Source: Helicobacter anatolicus
GTDB taxonomy: Bacteria; Campylobacterota; Campylobacteria; Campylobacterales; Helicobacteraceae
Direction: 5' to 3'
Length of the DNA: 32,000 nucleotides
Assembly (NCBI RefSeq): GCF_021300615.1
Contig: NZ_JAJTMY010000001.1
Coordinates: 225,095-257,094, forward strand
Shown here: one piece after another, positions 18,459-26,521 of the stretch
How positions within the stretch are numbered: the stretch's first letter is position 1
Layout of the letters: each line of letters begins with the position of its first letter
The notes under the pieces: generated by a model
Database searches by the model: none
What the model saw: only the letters and a program-made list of their open reading frames with translations
Told to the model about the DNA's origin: nothing
Program-made: the position numbers and the translations under genes

Positions 18459-18511
18459 TTAAATTTAAAAAAAATTTTTATTTAATAAAAAAATTAAGTT
18501 TTTATTAAAGA

Positions 18512-18521
18512 GGGGGGGGGG
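18512..18521 (+). repeat. Homopolymeric G10 tract abutting a TATAAT box
   Basis: Counted directly: a-GGGGGGGGGG-TATAAT. Lies 40 nt upstream of the ATG at 18561. Confidence 0.95.
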
Positions 18522-18527
18522 TATAAT
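18522..18527 (+). promoter_or_regulatory. Candidate -10 box (TATAAT) for the OMP-like gene
   Basis: A perfect TATAAT lies 33 nt upstream of the ATG. AAGGA SD at 18549-18553. The G tract occupies the spacer immediately upstream. Confidence 0.45.
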
Positions 18528-18560
18528 GTTTACTTCATATTACGAAGCAAGGATTATTTC

Positions 18561-19310
18561 ATGAGAAAGAGTTTTATTGTTTTTATGCTCTCTTTGTTAT
18601 TTTTGGGAGCTGTAGATTTCACTAGACAAGATGGCTATATAGATGGTTATAGAGATGGTCAAAATGCGTTAAGTAAGAGCGGTGCAGCAAAGTTAAAAAA
18701 AGATACTGATTCTAAAGAATATAATGATGGTTACGCAAAAGGTTTTGAAGAAGGTGTAAGAGATGGGGCAATGGCTCAAACAAATCAATCTATGAAATGT
18801 GATGTACCAGGATATTTAAGAACAGAAAATTGTAAAAGAAAAGATGTTCTTTTTAGTTGGAGAGTGATGTTTTCTTCTGCGGTATCTACTTATAATGATG
18901 ATGATCTTACAGCAGCTTTTATTAATTTTGGTTTGTCTACTCAATTTGGTGCTTACTATCGTATATTAGATAATTTACTTCTTGGTGGAAATGCAGGTAT
19001 AGGAATAGGTGGGCTTGAACTTTTAGCTATGGATATTTATGGTACACAACCAATTATTACTGCTATTGAAAGAAATATTTATATTCCTATAGAAGCAGTT
19101 GTAAAATATTATTTTAATTTTGCAAGTTTTGCAGTTGGCTTAGGTATCGGTGGAGATATAAGTTTTTCAAAGCATCATACTTTTAGAACTTTTGCGGAAT
19201 TTGGTTGGCCAGGATTTTCTTTAAGACTTGGTTGGCAGCATCAAAGTGGTATAATAGGTCAAACTCCTTTATCAGAAACATTTTATAGTGCTTTAGTGTT
19301 TGGTTATTAA
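18561..19310 (+). CDS. Secreted protein, probable small outer-membrane beta-barrel protein
   Basis: 249 aa. Signal peptide MRKSFIVFMLSLLFLGA. N-terminal region with repeated DGY/DG motifs. C-terminal half has alternating hydrophobic and Gly-rich strands and a terminal aromatic residue (..LVFGY), as in OMP beta-signals. Confidence 0.6.
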   Translation: MRKSFIVFMLSLLFLGAVDFTRQDGYIDGYRDGQNALSKSGAAKLKKDTDSKEYNDGYAKGFEEGVRDGAMAQTNQSMKCDVPGYLRTENCKRKDVLFSWRVMFSSAVSTYNDDDLTAAFINFGLSTQFGAYYRILDNLLLGGNAGIGIGGLELLAMDIYGTQPIITAIERNIYIPIEAVVKYYFNFASFAVGLGIGGDISFSKHHTFRTFAEFGWPGFSLRLGWQHQSGIIGQTPLSETFYSALVFGY

Positions 19311-19324
19311 TTTTTTTCTTTTCT

Positions 19325-19372
19325 GGCAGAGAGAGGGGAATCTCTCTCCTTCTTTTTCTTTCTTTTATTTTT
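19325..19372 (+). terminator. Rho-independent terminator after the OMP-like gene
   Basis: GG(C)AGAGAGA pairs with TCTCTCTCC (7+2 bp with one bulged C), loop GGGGAA (19335-19340), followed by the T-rich run ttctttttctttcttttattttt. Confidence 0.7.
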
Positions 19373-19454
19373 AATTATTTGTTGTTTGTGCCATAATGCA
19401 AGATAAATAAACTTGATAATTTTATTTTATAATTTCAAAAAAAAATAGGTGTAA

Positions 19455-20669
19455 ATGAAAAGTAATATTATCGATTCTTTGGAATTAAGAGTATTGGGTT
19501 TGCAAGATCTAGAACAATTTAATAAGCTTTTGCGTTATGCATTTCAGGTAACAAATAATGATTTATTAAAAGTAGGGTGGAATAGTGAGGAAATCAAGCA
19601 ATCAAAAACCCCGATTCTAAAAAAAGCTGAAGTTTTGGGATATTTTGAAGATAAAAATCTTGTTTCACAGATTGTTTTATATCCTATGCAAATGAATATT
19701 TATGGGAAGTTTTACCAAATGTGTGGAATTACAGGTGTAGCTACATATCCAGAATATTCTTCTTTAGGATTAATGAAGAATCTTATTAAGATTGCTTTAC
19801 ATAAGATGAGAGAAAAAAAACAAAGCATTTCTTGTTTATATCCTTATTCTATTCCATATTATCGTTCGCGAGGTTGGGAAATTATTTCTGATAAAATGAC
19901 TTTTATTTTAAAAGAGAATCAATTGCCAAATACTGTTGCCACAGATGGGAGAATTCGGCGTGTCGATCATAATCACAAAGATTTACTGGATTTGCACAAT
20001 CAATTTGCCATAAAAACTCATGGATGTTTATTAAGAGATGAATTGGCATGGGGAGAGTATTGGCGTTGGGATTTAGATGATGAGATTGTGGCAATTTATT
20101 ATGATACTAATGATCGTCCAACAGGTTATGTAGTATATTTGATTGAAAATGATGTTTTTAGTATCAAAGAAATGATTTATCTTGATACAGAAGCAAGAAT
20201 GGGATTATGGAATTATATCAAGGCACATAAATCAATGTTCACTGATCTTAAAGGAGCAAATTATAATAATGAAACATTGGCATTTTTATTAGAAGATGCA
20301 GCAGTAAAAGAAACGATTACACCCTATATTATGGCAAGAATTGTAGATGTAGAAATGTTTTTTAAGGATTTTAATTTTGATAAAATTGTTGGTCAAGCCA
20401 GTCTTTCTTTTGAAGTGAGTGATCCATTGCTTGAGTGGAATAATCAAACTTTTACTTTGCGATTTGATAAGGATAAGGTAAGTTTTGGGGGTAAAAAAAG
20501 TAGGAATTGTGTAAAATTAGATATACAGACACTTACTACTATGTTTTTAGGGTATAAAAGACCTTTATATTTGAAGCAAATAGGGCGATTAGAAGCATGT
20601 GAAAATACGATTGATTTACTTGAGGATATCTTACCAGAAGGAAAGGCGTATTTTAGTGATTATTTTTGA
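19455..20669 (+). CDS. Eis-like GNAT family N-acetyltransferase (GNAT + central + SCP2-like C-terminal domain architecture)
   Basis: 404 aa, the length typical of Eis-family enzymes. GITGVATYPEYSSLGLMKNLI is the acetyl-CoA-binding motif A region. The overall block order resembles Eis-family proteins. AGGTG SD and a TATAAT at 19428-19433. Confidence 0.7.
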   Translation: MKSNIIDSLELRVLGLQDLEQFNKLLRYAFQVTNNDLLKVGWNSEEIKQSKTPILKKAEVLGYFEDKNLVSQIVLYPMQMNIYGKFYQMCGITGVATYPEYSSLGLMKNLIKIALHKMREKKQSISCLYPYSIPYYRSRGWEIISDKMTFILKENQLPNTVATDGRIRRVDHNHKDLLDLHNQFAIKTHGCLLRDELAWGEYWRWDLDDEIVAIYYDTNDRPTGYVVYLIENDVFSIKEMIYLDTEARMGLWNYIKAHKSMFTDLKGANYNNETLAFLLEDAAVKETITPYIMARIVDVEMFFKDFNFDKIVGQASLSFEVSDPLLEWNNQTFTLRFDKDKVSFGGKKSRNCVKLDIQTLTTMFLGYKRPLYLKQIGRLEACENTIDLLEDILPEGKAYFSDYF

Positions 20670-20696
20670 TGCCATCCTTGTAAAAGAATGGCATCA
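20667..20696. terminator. Bidirectional hairpin between convergent genes
   Basis: TGATGCCAT (20667-20675) is perfectly complementary to ATGGCATCA (20688-20696), with a 12-nt loop. The 5' arm includes the stop codon of 19455-20669. The minus-strand YceI-like gene ends at 20703. Confidence 0.6.
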
Positions 20697-20702
20697 AAGG
20701 AT

Positions 20703-21269
20703 TTATTTAACAGGAGCTGAAAAACTGATTTCTACTTGAGACCAAGTAAGACCACTATGTAAGTCATGACATGTTGTAGCAAGAGATTTGAATGCTTCTT
20801 TTGCACCAAATTCTAAAATATCTAGAATGCCTTTTGCTTCAAGTACGCCATCTTTAATGCTGTATTGCATAGGAACTTTTACAGTTTTCCCATTCATATT
20901 AACGCTTGCAAGAATACTTCCTTGATCTTTGCCTTCAATAACATTTCTAAAAGTTACTTTGATCATATCGCTTTTTGCAAATTTAGCAAAAAAAGACTCT
21001 CGAACATTTGTATTTTTTACTTCATCGTTAAGATTCACGCTAAGTGGATTGATAGTTGCAGTAGCACCTTCTAGGATTTCTGCGATACTGTTTTGCTTTT
21101 TACCAAATTTATATTTGATATCATTAAAAGTTCCACTAACAGCAACTTTTTCACTTGTTTTATATGCAGTCCATTTTGTTTTTGCTTGATCTATATCAAG
21201 TGTAGCAGCAAAAGATAAGCTTGATAATAGACTAAGCGCTAAAATGTTTGATAGAATTTTCTTTCTCAT
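20703..21269 (-). CDS. YceI-like periplasmic (polyisoprenoid-binding) protein
   Basis: 188 aa. Signal peptide ending SFA-A. The size and the W.AYKT..K..V.G.F pattern near the N-terminus resemble the YceI family. Family call from memory. Confidence 0.55.
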   Translation of the reverse strand: MRKKILSNILALSLLSSLSFAATLDIDQAKTKWTAYKTSEKVAVSGTFNDIKYKFGKKQNSIAEILEGATATINPLSVNLNDEVKNTNVRESFFAKFAKSDMIKVTFRNVIEGKDQGSILASVNMNGKTVKVPMQYSIKDGVLEAKGILDILEFGAKEAFKSLATTCHDLHSGLTWSQVEISFSAPVK

Positions 21270-21381
21270 TTTATTCCTTTAAATTTTATTAAGATGTAAA
21301 TATTCTAGTTTATCTTTTTAAACAAACAATTATTTTTTTTAAAAAAAAGTAAAACTTTAAAGTATTTGAAGGAATAAATAA

Positions 21382-21457
21382 TGGTGGAGTATAGCGGGTT
21401 CGAACCGCTGACCCCAACGCTGCCAGCGTTGTGCTCTCCCAACTGAGCTAATACCCC
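21382..21457 (-). tRNA. tRNA-Ala (anticodon GGC)
   Basis: The reverse complement is GGGGTATTAGCTCAGTTGGGAGAGCACAACGCTGGCAGCGTTGGGGTCAGCGGTTCGAACCCGCTATACTCCACCA. It folds as a cloverleaf: 7-bp acceptor stem with the G3:U70 Ala identity pair, anticodon loop CTGGCAG, GTTCGAA T-loop, and encoded CCA. Confidence 0.95.
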
Positions 21458-21470
21458 TAGAAGATGAGGT

Positions 21471-21476
21471 ATTATA
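21471..21476 (-). promoter_or_regulatory. Candidate -10 box (TATAAT on the minus strand) for tRNA-Ala
   Basis: Plus-strand ATTATA is TATAAT on the minus strand. It lies 13 nt upstream of the mature tRNA 5' end, just after the plsC stop. Confidence 0.4.
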
Positions 21477-21484
21477 GCAAAAAA

Positions 21485-22180
21485 TTATGAATTTAACTCT
21501 TGATAATTCTTGAGATAAACTTCATGCATTGTGTTTTGTAATTCTTCATACCAATATGGATTGTTGATGTCAGGCATAAAAGATTCTAGGCAAATCATTC
21601 TGGCAGTGTTGCTTTTTGTTTCAAAAGGGGAAGTATTATAGAGTTTCCTTGTATTGACAAGCACAATGGGTTGAATTTTGAGCTGGAATTTTTCTGCTAG
21701 GATTTTTGCCCCTAATTTGAAAGGAAGGAAATCTTCATTCCCTCTACTTCTTGTACCTTCTGGAAAAATTACAATGGGTCTTTTTTGTTGTATTTTTTCT
21801 TTGACACTTTTTAGTAAAAAAGCTAATCCTTTTTTATCTTCACGATCAATTAAAATCATTTCTGGTCCTCTTAGTGCATAGCCATAAAATGGAACATCTC
21901 CAAGCTGTTTTTTTGCAACCCAGCAGATGTTTTGTGGATGGTAGGCTTCTAGACACATAATATCTGTTAAACTTTGATGATTCATAACAATTAGTGTTGC
22001 ACTAGTGTCAAAATCACCTATTTTTTGTAGTTTAAAGCCACAAAGGGGAAACCAAATTTTGCAGGCACGACGAGCTTTAAGGGCATTATCTTTATTTCTG
22101 GTGAGAAAAATAAAGAACATAATAATTGCTAGGCCTAATGCCATAAGTAGTGTTGCATAAATTGCTTTAAGTTTTTTCAT
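21485..22180 (-). CDS. plsC: 1-acyl-sn-glycerol-3-phosphate acyltransferase
   Basis: 231 aa. N-terminal TM helix, NHQSLTD (H-x4-D) catalytic motif and FPEGTRS motif. Confidence 0.85.
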   Translation of the reverse strand: MKKLKAIYATLLMALGLAIIMFFIFLTRNKDNALKARRACKIWFPLCGFKLQKIGDFDTSATLIVMNHQSLTDIMCLEAYHPQNICWVAKKQLGDVPFYGYALRGPEMILIDREDKKGLAFLLKSVKEKIQQKRPIVIFPEGTRSRGNEDFLPFKLGAKILAEKFQLKIQPIVLVNTRKLYNTSPFETKSNTARMICLESFMPDINNPYWYEELQNTMHEVYLKNYQELNS

Positions 22181-22181
22181 T

Positions 22182-23318
22182 TTACCTCTTTTTAATCCAG
22201 CCTATACGACCATCTTTTGTGATTATTTTATAAAAATTTTGATGCGATCCAATGATCTCTGCTTCAATGGGTTTTTCTACAACAAAAAGTGTTGTAGAAT
22301 TTTGAGTGGGAAGTATTTTGATAGTTTGATTGGGTTGTAAGATAATATCATTGCGATAAAAAAGATGCCATGCAAGATAGATGCTTAGTAAAAAAATGGG
22401 TAGTAATAACCATTTGTTGCGCCATAGAAAAATATAAACTATTAATAAAATTAAAATGCCTGCAATTAAAAAAAGTGTAGAGTAGAGTAGAAAAATATTT
22501 TTTGGTTTGATGTCATCTTGTGCAGCAACATTATCATAAGAAACTAAAATCGGGATTGTAAGTGTTTGAAATTGATTGTTAGGCAGGGAGAAAAAATCAA
22601 AAGATAATGAAGAGATTGTTTTTGGAAGAATACAAAAATAAATTGCTTTATTGTCTTCAATGTTTTGAATACCCTGTTTGATGATTTTTGTATCAGGGAA
22701 GATAAAGTCTTCTAAATTTGCATTTTGTCCTTCAAGCTCTAATACCATAATATTGCTCTTTTCATCATATGCTTTTGTTTTTGTCCGTAAAATTTTAAGG
22801 TTATCAGCAATGATTCCAGAATATTTTGGGTTGTTTTTAAGGTTGTAGATATCTAGGTTAATTTTAGGAGAAATGGCTACATCTTGATATTTTTTATCAA
22901 AAGATACTGCAATGGCTTTGATTTGTGGGATTGTGGCATTTTTATTTAGAATTTTATATATATAGGTTTTTTGGTAGCTTTGAAAACCTTCATTGTTTTC
23001 ATCATCTTGAATTTCCCATTCACTTTCTGCATTGAGAGGTTTAATGGATTTAGTATTGATAGTTGTGTCAAAATCTGTACTTATTAATTTGGCATTTGAA
23101 AACAATAAAAGATTATAGGTGACTTTTATGGTCTGTCCAATATAGATAGTTTTATTTAGTTCTTTTGTGGGGGTAATATTTTTAATATAGATAATTTTTG
23201 ATGGCGATAATGGAAGGTTTAAAAACTCTTGTTTTTCAAGTGTTGTATCATCCTCCGCATATACATACAAAAAGAATAATACAAAAAGAAATAAAAATTG
23301 CTTTAAGAAATTTTTCAT
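22182..23318 (-). CDS. Conserved-architecture hypothetical protein: signal peptide, large periplasmic domain, two TM helices, C-terminal SH3-like tail
   Basis: ORF 22182-23333, trimmed to the first ATG (23318; 23333 and 23321 are GTG). Signal peptide [23 protein letters not shown] pair [24 protein letters not shown] and [17 protein letters not shown]. The ending [15 protein letters not shown] is reminiscent of bacterial SH3 domains. No functional assignment possible. Confidence 0.55.
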   Translation of the reverse strand: MKNFLKQFLFLFVLFFLYVYAEDDTTLEKQEFLNLPLSPSKIIYIKNITPTKELNKTIYIGQTIKVTYNLLLFSNAKLISTDFDTTINTKSIKPLNAESEWEIQDDENNEGFQSYQKTYIYKILNKNATIPQIKAIAVSFDKKYQDVAISPKINLDIYNLKNNPKYSGIIADNLKILRTKTKAYDEKSNIMVLELEGQNANLEDFIFPDTKIIKQGIQNIEDNKAIYFCILPKTISSLSFDFFSLPNNQFQTLTIPILVSYDNVAAQDDIKPKNIFLLYSTLFLIAGILILLIVYIFLWRNKWLLLPIFLLSIYLAWHLFYRNDIILQPNQTIKILPTQNSTTLFVVEKPIEAEIIGSHQNFYKIITKDGRIGWIKKR

Positions 23319-23325
23319 CACATAA

Positions 23326-23979
23326 TCAATCACAAAGAGATTTTAGCATAACAAGTCCTTGATCACCACCAATAAGTTTTTCTACGGCCCTTTCAGGATG
23401 GGGCATAAGACCAAAGACATTTTTTTCTTTATTGCAAATTCCTGCAATATTTTTTAGAGACCCATTAGGGTTGTCTTCGTATGTCAATAAAATTTGATGA
23501 TTTTCTTCAAGGCTTTCTAAGGTTTTAGAATCCGCAAAATAGTTTCCATCTGCATGTGCAATAGGTAGAGTAATTTTTTGATTTTTGTTATAAGCAGATA
23601 GAAATTTATTGTCTGTATTTGCAATAATTAAATTTTGTTGCTTGGAAATAAAAGAAAGATTAATATTGCGCTTTAAAACTCCTGGAAGAAGTTTGGATTC
23701 TGTAAGAATTTGAAACCCATTACAAATTCCTAAAACTAGTCCGCCTTGATTGGCATAACGGATAACATCTTGCATAATTGGTGCAAAACGCGCAATAGCA
23801 CCACTGCGTAAGTAGTCGCCATAACTAAAGCCACCAGGGATTACTACAAGTTTTGTATTACTAGGAAGAGACTTTTCTTTATGCCAAATTATAGCGACTT
23901 CTTGTTTAAGAAGTGTCTGGTATGCATATTGCATATCTCTTTCACAATTAGTTCCTAAAAATTGAAGTATGGCAATCAT
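23326..23979 (-). CDS. purQ: Phosphoribosylformylglycinamidine synthase, glutaminase subunit
   Basis: 217 aa. GGFSYGDYLR, GICNGFQIL (catalytic Cys) and MPHPER motifs. Confidence 0.93.
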   Translation of the reverse strand: MIAILQFLGTNCERDMQYAYQTLLKQEVAIIWHKEKSLPSNTKLVVIPGGFSYGDYLRSGAIARFAPIMQDVIRYANQGGLVLGICNGFQILTESKLLPGVLKRNINLSFISKQQNLIIANTDNKFLSAYNKNQKITLPIAHADGNYFADSKTLESLEENHQILLTYEDNPNGSLKNIAGICNKEKNVFGLMPHPERAVEKLIGGDQGLVMLKSLCD

Positions 23980-23982
23980 TTT

Positions 23983-24225
23983 TTACTCTTCTATTTGAAT
24001 ATTAAAATCTTCGATTACAAGATTTGCTAAAAGTTCTTCAGACATTTTTTTAGCATCTTCTAGTGCTTTATTTTTATCATTATGTGTCAAATTTATAGTA
24101 ATTTTTTTACTCACTTCTAGGGAATCAAAAGAGCTAAATCCTAGAGTTTTTAGTGCATTTTCAATGGCTTTTGCTTCGGGATTTAATACTCCATCTTTGA
24201 GTTGGATAAAAATATGAGCTTTCAT
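23983..24225 (-). CDS. purS: Phosphoribosylformylglycinamidine synthase subunit PurS
   Basis: 80 aa. LKDGVLNPEAKAIENALKTLGF is typical of PurS. Sits between purC and purQ. Confidence 0.85.
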   Translation of the reverse strand: MKAHIFIQLKDGVLNPEAKAIENALKTLGFSSFDSLEVSKKITINLTHNDKNKALEDAKKMSEELLANLVIEDFNIQIEE

Positions 24226-24941
24226 TATAGTCCTTTGGTTAAGCGATTTAAAACTTCTTCATAAGCGACCTTAAGATCTCCTAAATCTTGTCTAAAGACA
24301 TCTTTATCAAGTTTTTGATTTGTATCTTTATCCCAGAATCTACAACTATCAGGGCTAATTTCATCTGCAAGAACAATATTACCATCTTTAGTTTTTCCAA
24401 ATTCTAGTTTAAAGTCAATAAGCTTTAAATTTTTTTGTATAAAAAAATCTTTTAGAATTTCATTTACTTTTCTTGCTTGAGATTTAAGGAATTCTAATTC
24501 CTCTTGTTTTTGTGTGATATTTAAAATCTTACAATGTTCATCATTAATAATAGGATCGCCAAGAGAATCATCTTTATAATAAAACTCAACGAGACTAAAA
24601 GGAAGTATTGTTCCTTCTTGTATTCCTAATCTTTTACTTAAAGATCCAGTAGCTACATTACGTACAACTACTTCAATAGGAATAATTTCTACTTTTTGGC
24701 ATAAAATATGTGTTGTATCTAAGGTTTCTTCGTAATGTGTGGGGATTCCATGAGATTGGAGTAATTTAAAAATAAGGCTTGAAATTTGACAATTAATTGC
24801 ACCTTTCCCGCTCTGACTCCCCTTTTTTTCGGCATTAAATGCAGTGAGATCATCTTTAAATTCAGCAATGATTAATCTCTCATTTTCTGTAGAAAAAATT
24901 TTTTTCCCTTTGCCTTCATAAATCATTTCTTGTTTTTTCAT
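24225..24941 (-). CDS. purC: Phosphoribosylaminoimidazole-succinocarboxamide (SAICAR) synthase
   Basis: 238 aa. [31 protein letters not shown] and [13 protein letters not shown] motifs. Confidence 0.93.
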   Translation of the reverse strand: MKKQEMIYEGKGKKIFSTENERLIIAEFKDDLTAFNAEKKGSQSGKGAINCQISSLIFKLLQSHGIPTHYEETLDTTHILCQKVEIIPIEVVVRNVATGSLSKRLGIQEGTILPFSLVEFYYKDDSLGDPIINDEHCKILNITQKQEELEFLKSQARKVNEILKDFFIQKNLKLIDFKLEFGKTKDGNIVLADEISPDSCRFWDKDTNQKLDKDVFRQDLGDLKVAYEEVLNRLTKGL

Positions 24942-24950
24942 TTTTTATCC

Positions 24951-26303
24951 TTATTTTGATTTGATTGTAGTGTTTTGTGCTTGAGGTTTGATGATATTCC
25001 AAGTTTTTAGTAAGTCAATTGCGGTTTTTAGCTGGATATCACTATTGATATTTTCAAGAGTAATGATTTCTTTTTTATCTTCTTTTTTATCTTCTTTTTT
25101 TTGGGTTTTTGTATCTTTCTTTTCAAGTTTGATTAATTCATTTTGTAAATGATTTTTTAAATCCGCTTCTTTGATTTCAAAGCTATTTTCATTTTGCGGC
25201 ACACTTCCTGCATGTACAATAATATCAGGAGTGATTCCTATAGCTTGTATAGTGCGGCCGCTTGGTAGATAATATTTTGCAGTAGTAAGTTTGATTGCAG
25301 AATTATTATCTACAGGTAATACAACTTGCACGCTACCTTTACCAAAAGAGTTTTCTCCTATAATTAAAGCGCGTTTGTAATCTTGCAATGCCCCTGAGAC
25401 AATTTCACTAGCACTAGCAGTCCCCCCATTAATAAGTACAACGATTGGTAAATTTGCATAAGGTGCTTTTCCATTAGCTTTGTATTCGATATTTTCATTT
25501 TTGATTCTACCTTTTTGAGAGACGATCACACCTTCTTTGATAAAGAGTTCTGATAGTCCTACTGCTTGATTGAGTAGGCCTCCAGGATTATTGCGAAGAT
25601 CTAGAACCATTCCATCAATTTTTCCAGCTTTTTTTAATGCTTCTTTTACAGAATCTGTGACATTTTTGTCAAAAGAATTTACACGCACATATAGAAAATT
25701 TTCATTTTCAATTTTGCGAGAATGAACAGATTTGACCTGTATGATGTCGCGTGTGATTTTAAATTCTATAGGTTTTGGAGCATTTTTTCTATAAATTGTA
25801 AGATTGATAGAGGTTTTTGGTTTTCCACGCATGAGATTTACCGCATCATCAATACTCATATTTAGAGTGCTTTCATTATTGATTTTTAAGATAATATCTC
25901 CACTTTCTAATCCTGCTTTTTGTGCGGGGGTATCATCTATTGGAGCAATTACTGTAAGAGCACCATCTTTGATTCCTACGGTGATTCCAAGACCACCAAA
26001 CTCTCCTTCTGTCTGCATTTGTAATTCTTTAAATTTTTTTTCTGTTAAATAAGCAGAATGCGCATCTAAATTTGTAAGTAACCCTGATATTGCCTTATCA
26101 ATAATCTCATCAATTTTTAGATCATCAAAATAGGCTTTCTCAACAGTGTTGATTATTTTTGTAAGTTTATTATAAGCTTCGATACGATCTTTTTGCATAG
26201 ATTTTTTTTCTGCGATTTGTTCTGTTGCTTGAACATTTTGCATGAGTAGCGCAAGAGACAAAAAACTAGTTCCAAAAAATCCTGATAAGAAAAATTTATT
26301 CAT
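24951..26303 (-). CDS. S41-family carboxyl-terminal processing protease (CtpA/Prc-like) with PDZ domain
   Basis: 450 aa. Signal peptide. PDZ block GDIILKINN. S41 blocks LDLRNNPGGLL and NGGTASASEIVSGALQD (catalytic Ser), plus GKGSVQ. Confidence 0.9.
   Translation of the reverse strand: MNKFFLSGFFGTSFLSLALLMQNVQATEQIAEKKSMQKDRIEAYNKLTKIINTVEKAYFDDLKIDEIIDKAISGLLTNLDAHSAYLTEKKFKELQMQTEGEFGGLGITVGIKDGALTVIAPIDDTPAQKAGLESGDIILKINNESTLNMSIDDAVNLMRGKPKTSINLTIYRKNAPKPIEFKITRDIIQVKSVHSRKIENENFLYVRVNSFDKNVTDSVKEALKKAGKIDGMVLDLRNNPGGLLNQAVGLSELFIKEGVIVSQKGRIKNENIEYKANGKAPYANLPIVVLINGGTASASEIVSGALQDYKRALIIGENSFGKGSVQVVLPVDNNSAIKLTTAKYYLPSGRTIQAIGITPDIIVHAGSVPQNENSFEIKEADLKNHLQNELIKLEKKDTKTQKKEDKKEDKKEIITLENINSDIQLKTAIDLLKTWNIIKPQAQNTTIKSK
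25071..25094 (-). repeat. Perfect 12-nt x2 tandem repeat inside the protease gene (encodes KEDK-KEDK)
   Basis: TTTTTTATCTTC occurs twice in tandem (25071-25082 and 25083-25094). It is in frame, within the Lys/Glu-rich C-terminal linker. Confidence 0.9.
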
Positions 26304-26461
26304 TTTAAAAGTCCATTTCTTTAATATTTAAAATAAAATATAAGGTGGTTTGCCTTAAAAAATTGAGATTTTACATTCTATCAAAAATATCTTTATAAAT
26401 TGCTAAACTCTTTATGTAATCAATATTTTTTTAAAAGTTTATGGGATTTTATTTATAAAAC

Positions 26462-26490
26462 TTGACATTATCACACTAAACTTATATAAT
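26462..26490 (+). promoter_or_regulatory. Perfect consensus sigma-70-type promoter of clpB (TTGACA-17 nt-TATAAT)
   Basis: TTGACA at 26462-26467, exactly 17 nt of spacer, TATAAT at 26485-26490, 31 nt upstream of the clpB ATG. Confidence 0.65.
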
Positions 26491-26521
26491 GATTTTCATA
26501 TCAAAGTTAAGGAGTTTTGTG

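Noticed and set aside
21333-21348. T8A8 perfect palindrome downstream of tRNA-Ala
   Set aside because: It is pure A/T with no loop, so it is thermodynamically negligible as a terminator hairpin. It is most likely just AT-rich spacer, although the T run may help termination of the tRNA transcript.
18430-21460. Possible genomic island integrated at the 3' end of tRNA-Ala (OMP-like, Eis-like and YceI-like genes)
   Set aside because: No integrase, recombinase or mobility gene is present. I could not find a direct repeat of the tRNA 3' end near 18430-18560. The block may still be accessory, but there is no sequence evidence for a mobile element.
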